Positions 35,647 through 43,230 of a stretch of DNA of 64,000 bases are shown here, in pieces. The first letter of the stretch is position 1. Each line of letters starts with the position of its first letter. Below the pieces are notes generated by a model that was given only the letters and a program-made list of their open reading frames with translations, was not told the DNA's origin and did no database searches. The translations under genes were made by a program, and so were the position numbers. Source of the DNA: Patescibacteria group bacterium (GTDB lineage Bacteria > Patescibacteriota > Patescibacteriia > UBA10025); contig JBHPFX010000005.1 in the NCBI GenBank assembly GCA_042570925.1, positions 4,969-68,968 on the forward strand, written 5' to 3'.

Positions 35647-37899
35647 TTAATTAAGTGGGAAGGAATACACTTTTGATCCGGTCAATATATACACCGTATT
35701 CCTGGATTCATCAATGGCAAAGTCTGTCATATTCGTAAACGGGTCCGACATATATTGATCAATAAATGAACCTTCCTTAGAGAAGACAATGATGCGTTGG
35801 CCAGAGGCGTCAAGAATATAGAGTCGTTCAGAATTTAGGTCGGTCCAAATCTTTGTTCCACTTGTAAGTGCTGGATCGACTGATCCAAGTGCAAAAACAT
35901 CTTGTCCGCCCTTCGACATTTTAATTACTTCCCCAGTGCTTGAAAGGACATATATTTCTCCATCTACTGCAAGTGACCGGCCATTTTGCAGGTTTACACC
36001 ATCTTGGGTAACCCATGTTCCGGGGCTTGCATACCGTGATCCACCTCGAACGGCACGCCAAATTTGGTTATTGGCAATATCAAGCATGTACAATCTTCCT
36101 TCATAATGAAATATGTCAACGACATTGATTTCCTGCTCAGAAAACGCGAGAGGGATATCCGCCAAAGCTTTTGCACTAAGCGTGTATTCGTTAAGCGAGT
36201 TTGCGGTGTTAAGAAATAATAGCGTATTAGTGGTAGGGGATGTTGCGTATTGAAAAGCATTATCGATCACCGCAGTGGCAAAAAGCGTCGTATCGCCTGA
36301 TTCGGTGTCGATGGAGTATGTGCTGTTATCTTGTGGAGAGAACGCATAAATAAAGTCTCCAATAAGTTCTATCCCGCCAATCGTCATTCCTGGAGCAGAT
36401 TGAGAAAGATCAGCAAGGAGCGTGGGATTATCTATGCGAGTTATTCGACGCGCTTCCTCTCGGAGCAGGCCGAGCTTTGATGAAAAGGAATTTATTTGCT
36501 CCTGCTGTTCATCCGATTTAGTTGGCAGATCATTTAATAAAGTTTCAGCTTGAATGAGTGCATCTGTCGCACCAGAGTAGTTATCGTATGAAAAAGCATT
36601 TTCAGCATCAAACAGCAGATTCTCAATTGTGGTCACTGTTTCATCATAATTTATTTCTTTAGTCTCCTTCATGTCGGCAAGACCCCTGGAGACAACGCTT
36701 TGGGTAAAAATAAATATAATAATAGCTGCAAGTCCGAGGATAATCTTTCCCTGACGCGGCAGCCTCTTAATCCATACAATAAACCTAGAAGGAGCGTTCC
36801 CGATGGTATGCGGCGTGGATGCAATTTTCTGACGATTTTCTTTATTGGCAAAAAGTGAAATGATACCAGCAATCAGTGAAAAAATAAAACCAGCTATCGC
36901 TCGTATCACTTTCCATATGCGAGAAATGAACCCAGGTTTTTCAGAAGTTATTTTCGTACTGTATGGCTCGCCATAATCTTTCGTTTGCTCCATCATTTGA
37001 ACACGTCTGCGTGATCTTCGAAGTACTTTTGTATTGATAAAACGACTAAATCGACCGGTAGTTTCACCAAACCGTTTTTTAGCATTCGCCATGATTGATG
37101 GTGAGAGTAATTCACTGGTTTGCTGCTCCTGAGTAATCATTTTATCCATTGAAGATTGTGTGGCGGAATGCTGCGGTCGAGTTATGGTGAGCGGCATATC
37201 AGAGAATGCTGCAGCCTTAGCAGCTTGTTTTGCAGGTTGTATGATTATTGCGCCAAATGCAGCGTTATTCACATTCTCTGAAAGAATGTTTTCGATATTT
37301 CCCACAGCATCATGGATGGGTTGCTCGGCTATCAATCTCCGAAGTTTCTCTTGAGAGAAATAATCCATAAGAGAGGTTGTGGTAAGCAGCATGCTTTCGC
37401 CAGTCTGAACCCGTCCGCTGACGACATTTGAAAAAATCTTGAGTGCTCCGCTCGTCTCTCTTGCGGAAGGATTTGATGCAAGAATGTCAATGATTCGCTG
37501 CTGTTGAATAAGGAAGACGTGTACTTTTCCGTATTCAGAAAAATACACATGCTCTCCATGAATAACGCATGCAACGATATTTAGGTGTTCGTGCCAATTC
37601 GTTGCATAATCGGCAACGAGATCTGAGATTTTTTGGTTTGTCTGACCGAGAGCATTTTCAAGAGCGACCTCTGGATGCAACTCTTCTGACGAATAGTAAA
37701 CTGTTTGAAGTTCCTTTTGAATCGCGTGAATAATATCCCGATTAATTGGCTCCTGTGATTCTAGTTCTGCGAGCAACACTAACTTACCCAACGTTGTTTC
37801 TTCAACCGGTGTTGGGTGTGACACGAACACATGGACCGTTGATCTGCTCTGATCCGGATCGTAGATGAGAAGTTGCTCAATCTGTGTAATTGGATTCAT
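35647..37899 (-). CDS. Large membrane protein: cytoplasmic N-terminal domain (possibly PP2C-like fold), two TM helices, C-terminal beta-propeller-like region
   Basis: TM helices 'AIAGFIFSLIAGIISLF' and 'IILGLAAIIIFIF'. The C-terminus shows repeated 'Y.LD.....I..F' strands. The domain assignments are tentative. Confidence 0.55.
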   Translation of the reverse strand: MNPITQIEQLLIYDPDQSRSTVHVFVSHPTPVEETTLGKLVLLAELESQEPINRDIIHAIQKELQTVYYSSEELHPEVALENALGQTNQKISDLVADYATNWHEHLNIVACVIHGEHVYFSEYGKVHVFLIQQQRIIDILASNPSARETSGALKIFSNVVSGRVQTGESMLLTTTSLMDYFSQEKLRRLIAEQPIHDAVGNIENILSENVNNAAFGAIIIQPAKQAAKAAAFSDMPLTITRPQHSATQSSMDKMITQEQQTSELLSPSIMANAKKRFGETTGRFSRFINTKVLRRSRRRVQMMEQTKDYGEPYSTKITSEKPGFISRIWKVIRAIAGFIFSLIAGIISLFANKENRQKIASTPHTIGNAPSRFIVWIKRLPRQGKIILGLAAIIIFIFTQSVVSRGLADMKETKEINYDETVTTIENLLFDAENAFSYDNYSGATDALIQAETLLNDLPTKSDEQQEQINSFSSKLGLLREEARRITRIDNPTLLADLSQSAPGMTIGGIELIGDFIYAFSPQDNSTYSIDTESGDTTLFATAVIDNAFQYATSPTTNTLLFLNTANSLNEYTLSAKALADIPLAFSEQEINVVDIFHYEGRLYMLDIANNQIWRAVRGGSRYASPGTWVTQDGVNLQNGRSLAVDGEIYVLSSTGEVIKMSKGGQDVFALGSVDPALTSGTKIWTDLNSERLYILDASGQRIIVFSKEGSFIDQYMSDPFTNMTDFAIDESRNTVYILTGSKVYSFPLN

Positions 37900-37997
37900 T
37901 ATTGTGTATCAGATAGACAAATCTGGGATGCTGCGCTTGATGTCTGAACATTCCCATAGTATACTAAAAGCACGTATCATACAAGAATCTAGAACTT

Positions 37998-38561
37998 ATG
38001 CTTGAACAACTATTTGGTTCACGAACGCGAGTAAAACTTTTAAGACTTTTTCTCACAAATCCAGAGAAGCGCTATTTTGTCAGGGAGCTCACTAGAAAAA
38101 TTGGCGAACGAATAAATTCCGTTCGTCGTGAACTTGAGCATCTGGTAAGTATTGAGCTTCTTGAAAGTGAGATTGATAAGCAGAAGAAGTACTATCGGGT
38201 GAATAACGAACACATTCTCTTTCCAGAGCTCAAGGGATTAATCGTAAAATCCCAGCTTACACTAGAAAAAGATCTTGCACGAAATCTCCGTTCAATCGGA
38301 AAAATATCACTTCTCATACTCACTGGCATCTTTACCGGCATAGGAGATGTTCAAACTGATTTACTCATCGTTGGAAAAGTAAATCGCAGAAGTCTCTCAA
38401 GATTGATGAACAAGTTTCGAAAAAATTTCGATCACTCGATCAGATACACGGTCATGAGCAGAAAAGAATTTGAATACCGCAACAGTCTGACAGATCGTTT
38501 TTTGTTTGACATTCTTGAAAATAAGCACGTAGTGGTAATTGATAAGCTGCGTAAGAAGTAG
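37998..38561 (+). CDS. Winged-helix (ArsR-like) DNA-binding protein with uncharacterised C-terminal domain
   Basis: 'RTRVKLLRLFLTNPEKRYFVRELTRKIGERINSVRRELEHLVSIELL' is a typical wHTH. Confidence 0.6.
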   Translation: MLEQLFGSRTRVKLLRLFLTNPEKRYFVRELTRKIGERINSVRRELEHLVSIELLESEIDKQKKYYRVNNEHILFPELKGLIVKSQLTLEKDLARNLRSIGKISLLILTGIFTGIGDVQTDLLIVGKVNRRSLSRLMNKFRKNFDHSIRYTVMSRKEFEYRNSLTDRFLFDILENKHVVVIDKLRKK

Positions 38562-38568
38562 TCAAAGG

Positions 38569-38988
38569 ATGTATCTCTATATTGATACAAGATCATTTGA
38601 GGCTATACGGTTTCGTGCGGTAGATTCAGCAGGAAATATGATAAAAGAAAAAATTTTTCAGTTGCCTTATAACTCTCGAGGCAAGCTTTTAAAATCAATT
38701 GAATCACTTATCATTACTACTCACAAAAAGATAAGTGATATTAAAGGAATAATGATTGAAAAGGGGCCTGGTGCGTTTTCAGCACTCCGTATGGGAATAG
38801 TAACGGCAAATAGTCTGAGTTACGCACTATCAATTTCTGCAATAGGGGTACAGAGTTCTAAAGATAACCTGCAAAAAGTTATAGTACGATCAATTAATCA
38901 ACTGCGCACGATGAAACAACCCAAACTTGTCGTTCCGGTATACGGAAGTGAGCCGAATATCACCAAACCACGAAAATTTACTATCTAG
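38569..38988 (+). CDS. tsaB: TsaB (YeaZ)-like tRNA t6A protein, short form
   Basis: 'YLYIDT' start and 'GPGAFSALRMGIVTANSLSYAL', which is the GPGSFTGLRIG motif. I chose the ATG at 38569. Confidence 0.6.
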   Translation: MYLYIDTRSFEAIRFRAVDSAGNMIKEKIFQLPYNSRGKLLKSIESLIITTHKKISDIKGIMIEKGPGAFSALRMGIVTANSLSYALSISAIGVQSSKDNLQKVIVRSINQLRTMKQPKLVVPVYGSEPNITKPRKFTI

Positions 38989-40132
38989 CGATACCGAGCC
39001 CGTAACGAGATTGAAGAGATTGAAAAGACCTCCTGATACCTTTGAGCCTGGTAAACGTATGAGAGAATGATATGAGATTCTCTCTTTTTGTATGTTTAAT
39101 ATTTAGTGCGTGAACACAAACGGATCGAATGGGCAGACCGAAGTAGTGCATATCTAAGAGGAGTCTGTGCGCGCGATCCACAATCTCTTTTTGAGATAAT
39201 AGGGGGGTAGTAAATGTTTTCTGATGTTGTAGAGATTTACCATCATGTAAGATAAGACGAACGGCGACAGTTTTCGCTTGTCGCTGTGAAGACTCAATAA
39301 TTGAACCGACAAGCAATGAAAGTTTTCTTACAGAATCATGGACGGTTACGTACTCATTATCATCGGATAATTTTTTTGTTCTAGAAATTGATCGTTGAGC
39401 ATGGGGGATATCAACGTCACGAGAGTCAAGACCGTTTGCGAGACGTACGTATGTCATACCGGCTTTTCCAAATAGCTCACTGCTTATTTCAGGAGATAGT
39501 TGAGCAAGATCACCAATAGTTTTTATACCAATCTCGTGGAGGACATTACACGTTCGGGATCCAATCCCGGGAACCATCTGCACATCAATGGGCTGAAGAA
39601 ATGAAGCTTCTTTGCCCCATGGCACCACCACTAATCCATTTGGCTTTTTTATTCGAGCGGCAACTTGCGCGGCGATTTTATTCGACGCCACTCCAATGCT
39701 TGAAGTGAGCTCGAGTTCTTTGAGTATCGCCTCCTTAATTTTTTGAGCTGCATATTCGGGTGAGATCCATAGATATTCATATCCAGTGAGATCGATAAAA
39801 GCTTCATCAAGACTTACCGCTTCAACTTTTTCAGAAAAACGGTGAAGAATTTTATAAAACTCACGGGAGAAATCTTCAATTCTTTTTACATCTCCCGAGA
39901 TGACTGATGCTTGGGGAGCTTTTTGCATTGCATGAGCCAGGGGCATACTTGGCTGTATTCCCAAGACACGCGCTTGTTGATTGGAGCTAGCGACAACATT
40001 CTTATGAGCATGGCTGGCAACAATAACCGGAGTGCCCCGCAAAGACGGTCGCATAACTTCTTCAACTGATGCAATAAATCGATCAAGACTTACATATAGA
40101 ATTGTTCGTATAGGGGAGTGACGCTTTTTCAT
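38981..40132 (-). CDS. dinB: DNA polymerase IV (Y-family)
   Basis: 'ILYVSLDRFIASVEE', 'SLDEAFIDLTG', 'IGVASNKIAAQVA', 'PIDVQMVPGIG'. Confidence 0.9.
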   Translation of the reverse strand: MKKRHSPIRTILYVSLDRFIASVEEVMRPSLRGTPVIVASHAHKNVVASSNQQARVLGIQPSMPLAHAMQKAPQASVISGDVKRIEDFSREFYKILHRFSEKVEAVSLDEAFIDLTGYEYLWISPEYAAQKIKEAILKELELTSSIGVASNKIAAQVAARIKKPNGLVVVPWGKEASFLQPIDVQMVPGIGSRTCNVLHEIGIKTIGDLAQLSPEISSELFGKAGMTYVRLANGLDSRDVDIPHAQRSISRTKKLSDDNEYVTVHDSVRKLSLLVGSIIESSQRQAKTVAVRLILHDGKSLQHQKTFTTPLLSQKEIVDRAHRLLLDMHYFGLPIRSVCVHALNIKHTKRENLISFSHTFTRLKGIRRSFQSLQSRYGLGIAR

Positions 40133-40143
40133 ACGTGTTTATT

Positions 40144-40172
40144 TATATACCGAATAATAACCGAAGATTGAA
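40144..40172 (-). promoter_or_regulatory. dinB promoter TTCAAT-N17-TATATA with operator in the spacer
   Basis: The -10 lies only about 11 nt from the ATG, giving a near-leaderless mRNA. The spacer is c-TTCGG-TTATTA-TTCGG. Confidence 0.5.
40150..40165 (-). promoter_or_regulatory. Candidate LexA operator (direct repeat TTCGG-N6-TTCGG), dinB copy
   Basis: The 20-mer TACCGAATAA(T)AACCGAAG is shared with the lexA promoter with one mismatch. Confidence 0.5.
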
Positions 40173-40176
40173 AGTA

Positions 40177-40204
40177 CAAATAAAGAAGGCGATATAAAGC
40201 CTTC
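40177..40204 (-). terminator. Terminator between lexA and dinB
   Basis: The stem gaaggc/gccttc is followed by a U-rich run on the minus strand. Confidence 0.5.
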
Positions 40205-40211
40205 CTAAATG

Positions 40212-40835
40212 CTATTTCTTATATTTTCTCAATATACCAATTACTTTACCCTGTATGACGACATTTTTAACCATACGAGATTTGTATTTTGAATTGGCGG
40301 GCTTGAGTCGAATGAGATTCTTTTGCTTATAAAATTTCTTCAACGTTGCTGATCCGTCATCAAGTAATGCTACAACCATATCACCATCTCGTGCAAAATC
40401 AGTTTTCTCGACAATAATCAAATCACCATCAGCGATCATGCTTTCTACCATTGAATCTCCTTTTACCTTCAGTAGATAGGCATTTTTATTTCCTATTAAC
40501 TCCTTGGGTATTGGTATATGTTCATCAACTGTTTCAATTGCTTCTATGGGTTCACCAGCTGTAATCGTGCCAACCAATGGTAAAAGTATAGAAGCAGCGG
40601 TTGCAGTAGCTTCAACATCTTCTTGTACTATAGAAATACCTCGCGCTGCACTGGCGTCCCGCTTAATAAAACCCCGTTTTTCGAGAAACTGAATATGCTC
40701 ATGGACCGTAGCCAATGAGGAAAGGTTAAACTTCTTCGCAATTTCTGTAAGGGTGGGCGCGTACCCATTATCTTTTATGTAATCTTTGAGAAAGGCGAGT
40801 ATCTTTTGTTTTTGTTTTGGGAGTACAGGGGCCAT
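40212..40835 (-). CDS. lexA: LexA repressor
   Basis: wHTH 'PTLTEIAKKFNLSSLATVHEHIQFLEKRGFI', Ala-Gly cleavage site 'ITAGEP', and Ser/Lys dyad 'KGDSM' ... 'ATLKKF'. Confidence 0.95.
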   Translation of the reverse strand: MAPVLPKQKQKILAFLKDYIKDNGYAPTLTEIAKKFNLSSLATVHEHIQFLEKRGFIKRDASAARGISIVQEDVEATATAASILLPLVGTITAGEPIEAIETVDEHIPIPKELIGNKNAYLLKVKGDSMVESMIADGDLIIVEKTDFARDGDMVVALLDDGSATLKKFYKQKNLIRLKPANSKYKSRMVKNVVIQGKVIGILRKYKK

Positions 40836-40930
40836 ATGTTGGTTTGTTAGCTTATAGATTATAGCTTATAGCTAGTGGTGTAGATTCCCGTTGTTGGTAA
40901 TCATACGCTATACGCTATCAGCTATTAACC

Positions 40931-40959
40931 AGACTACCGAATAAAAACCGAAGTGTCAA
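40931..40959 (-). promoter_or_regulatory. lexA distal promoter TTGACA-N17-TAGTCT with operator in the spacer
   Basis: Perfect -35 at 40954..40959. The spacer is c-TTCGG-TTTTTA-TTCGG. Confidence 0.45.
40937..40952 (-). promoter_or_regulatory. Candidate LexA operator (direct repeat TTCGG-N6-TTCGG), lexA copy
   Basis: See the dinB copy. I found this arrangement only at these two places in the window. Confidence 0.5.
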
Positions 40960-40969
40960 GACCCCCCCT

Positions 40970-40978
40970 TGTGGATAA
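40970..40978 (+). other. Perfect DnaA-box 9-mer
   Basis: It lies between the hairpin after the gene at 41016..41825 and the lexA -35 box. Confidence 0.4.
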
Positions 40979-41015
40979 GTTAGAGGCGGGTAATCCATCA
41001 GGATTATCCCGCCTT

Positions 41016-41825
41016 TCATTCACTTTGTTCTATTTCATATCTCAGCTCTTCGATTCTCCTCTCCCAAAGCTCGATGTCCAAATGATGCCACTCCTTACAT
41101 GCAAATGGTTTACTTGAGAGGAGAGCAGATTGCGAGCCTCCTAGACTCGCGAAAGAATCACCGGTATTCCAAGCGCTTTGGCCATGTCTGAACGATATCT
41201 CTGCCGCACGATACCAGTATTTAACCCACGACATGTGAAGGAAGTACAAGTGAATCGAATCAGCGAACTGTTCATAACGCAGGACTCCATCAAGATAGTG
41301 AAGGTCTTTTTTTGCCGTTGCCAAGAATTCAGGCATCACGGCGGCGCTTTCTAGTGCGGCGGTTAAACAAAGGAATCTGATTACAATGTTCACCGGTTGC
41401 TGATCGACTGCATCAGTGATTCTCTGAAATGCTTTGCGTACTTCGTCGTACGGAGATGCAGCAAGTCCAATCTTGCTCCAACCGAATTTCCAGCCACTCG
41501 AGATTTTGTTACGATCTCTCAAATGCAGCAGCTCCTGCGATCCACGATACGCCTCAACAAGATTTTGTCCGTCACAGTTCGGTTCGCACTTCTTGAAGTA
41601 CTTCTTCGCTTTCTTTGTCATGTCTTCGTCGTGATTCGAGAAAGAGATGTTATGGGCAAGGATGCCCATGAGGAAATAGTCCGATGAGCCGGACTGCTCG
41701 AGCGAATCGAGCACGTTCCGCGCATCATCGTGAAAAAGAAAATACGCAGAAGGTTCACAGGCGTAAGCACCTTGGGATGCAATCGTGATTAACACGATTG
41801 CGAGAATCATCAATCGCGTCTTCAC
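41016..41825 (-). CDS. Secreted hypothetical protein (GC-richer, SD-led, GTG start)
   Basis: Signal peptide 'MKTRLMILAIVLITIASQGAYA'. AAGGAGG lies 6 nt before the GTG start. Confidence 0.6.
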   Translation of the reverse strand: MKTRLMILAIVLITIASQGAYACEPSAYFLFHDDARNVLDSLEQSGSSDYFLMGILAHNISFSNHDEDMTKKAKKYFKKCEPNCDGQNLVEAYRGSQELLHLRDRNKISSGWKFGWSKIGLAASPYDEVRKAFQRITDAVDQQPVNIVIRFLCLTAALESAAVMPEFLATAKKDLHYLDGVLRYEQFADSIHLYFLHMSWVKYWYRAAEISFRHGQSAWNTGDSFASLGGSQSALLSSKPFACKEWHHLDIELWERRIEELRYEIEQSE

Positions 41826-42021
41826 GGAGTGCCTCCTTGGATTCTAAAATGAGCAATGAGTAATTAAGGAATCATATCAAAATTTTTTAATTTGTTCAAG
41901 TAGGGACTGGATTCCGTTCATTTATGATACATTATGTTCTATTGACAAAAAGGTTTTCTCTGCATAAAGTTGGTAGATAAAAATAATAAAAGACAAAAAC
42001 AAAGAACGGGGGACAGAAACA

Positions 42022-42303
42022 ATGCTCTTTCTCGTCGATAGTTCAGGCAAACGGATAGGAACAGATCGCTTTACTCAAATCCCACAAGCGATCACGGCAC
42101 TCAGTAAACATTTGGCAAGTCCGGCAGATGGTGAACCGTCTTCGGACAGTGGAATCTTTTTTTTGATTCCAGAAGAGAGATTTACTGACGATCTTCAAGC
42201 TGATGGCCTTCTGCAAATTGCAGAAGCAGTGCTTACCCTCGAAAAGGGAGAAGGTGATACAGCTACAATGGGCATTTCGTATCCGAGTGATCAGGAGGAG
42301 TAA
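42022..42303 (+). CDS. Hypothetical protein
   Basis: A GGGGG-type SD lies 8 nt upstream. I prefer the plus strand over the overlapping minus ORFs because a plus-strand terminator follows at 42509..42535. Confidence 0.4.
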   Translation: MLFLVDSSGKRIGTDRFTQIPQAITALSKHLASPADGEPSSDSGIFFLIPEERFTDDLQADGLLQIAEAVLTLEKGEGDTATMGISYPSDQEE

Positions 42304-42317
42304 TACGGGAGGGAATT

Positions 42318-42479
42318 GTGGACGGGATTCCGAAAGGCTGGTCAGGCGTGGTGACTGACGATGATATTCTGTTCGCCAGCGCGCGCAATGCAGGTCCCGA
42401 AGAACCTGAACGAGAAATTGACTCAGGCGGGGGAGGTTCTTCACCAGAGTCAACGCTTGACTGTATGATCTTTCCATAA
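42318..42479 (+). CDS. Possible 53-aa protein (GTG start)
   Basis: Hand-translated ORF with GGGAGGG 4 nt upstream of the GTG. It ends 30 nt before the terminator hairpin. Confidence 0.3.
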   Translation: MDGIPKGWSGVVTDDDILFASARNAGPEEPEREIDSGGGGSSPESTLDCMIFP

Positions 42480-42508
42480 GTCGAGCATCTCAATCAACAT
42501 TGAAAGCA

Positions 42509-42535
42509 AAGCCGCGGAGCGATCTGCGGCTTTTT
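42509..42535 (+). terminator. Intrinsic terminator
   Basis: 'aagccgc-ggagcgatct-gcggctt' followed by T5. Confidence 0.65.
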
Positions 42536-42592
42536 GTTAAATCCCGAGTTAACCGAGGGATTCCATCATTTTAAAATGATATTGACCAAATT

Positions 42593-42697
42593 GTGGAAAA
42601 TGTGGTGTGGTTGACGTTTCCTCATTTGTGGTGTAAAATGGAATGGAAGGGTAGAAAGTGGATAAATGTGGGGATAAGTCATACGGAAAGTGGATAA
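42593..42697 (+). promoter_or_regulatory. Array of GTGG-core direct repeats (candidate MraZ boxes)
   Basis: GTGG occurs at 42593, 42602, 42607 and 42628. 'aaaGTGGATAA' occurs at 42658 and 42690, and 'GTGGGGATAA' at 42668. Confidence 0.5.
42611..42639 (+). promoter_or_regulatory. mraZ/dcw promoter TTGACG-N17-TAAAAT
   Basis: Read directly from the sequence, about 105 nt upstream of mraZ. Confidence 0.55.
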
Positions 42698-42745
42698 GCA
42701 AATATGCCCTAAAGTACTTAATTACAAAAGAAAGCGTTACATTTC

Positions 42746-43177
42746 ATGTTTATAGGTGAATATCATCATTCATTAGATGCAAAAGGCCGTTTAGCCGTGC
42801 CAAAGAAGTTTCGAAGCTCATTACAAAAGGGAGCTGTCGTAACACGAGGACTGGATAACTGCCTTTTTGTGTATACCGCAAGCGAATGGAAACAACTCGC
42901 GGATAAAATTGCCAAGCTCCCGATTGCAAAAGCAAATACCCGGGCATTTGCACGTATGATGCTGGCTGGAGCTATGCCGCTTGAGATTGACCGGCAGGGA
43001 AGAGTGATGCTGCCTGATTACTTACGAAAATACGCTTCATTAAAGAAGCAGATTATTGTTACCGGATTATATAACCGGCTTGAACTCTGGGACAAGGTGA
43101 AATGGGAGCGATATCGCACCGGAACTGAAACAAAGAGCACTGATATCGCTGAAGCACTTGGTGACCTTGGTGTATAA
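42746..43177 (+). CDS. mraZ: Transcriptional regulator MraZ
   Basis: 'MFIGEYHHSLDAKGRLAVPKKFR' and a second SpoVT/AbrB-like half 'EIDRQGRVMLP'. Confidence 0.95.
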   Translation: MFIGEYHHSLDAKGRLAVPKKFRSSLQKGAVVTRGLDNCLFVYTASEWKQLADKIAKLPIAKANTRAFARMMLAGAMPLEIDRQGRVMLPDYLRKYASLKKQIIVTGLYNRLELWDKVKWERYRTGTETKSTDIAEALGDLGV

Positions 43178-43230
43178 CCTTTGAAGAGTCTTGTCCTTCA
43201 ACTAGTTCAGGATCTTCGACTCTCAAGCGT

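Noticed and set aside
42043-42493. Minus-strand ORFs 42043..42477 and 42263..42493.
   Set aside because: The plus strand has SD-like sequences before both candidate starts and a plus-strand intrinsic terminator at 42509..42535. The minus-strand ORFs lack these signals. Coding status of the whole segment remains uncertain.
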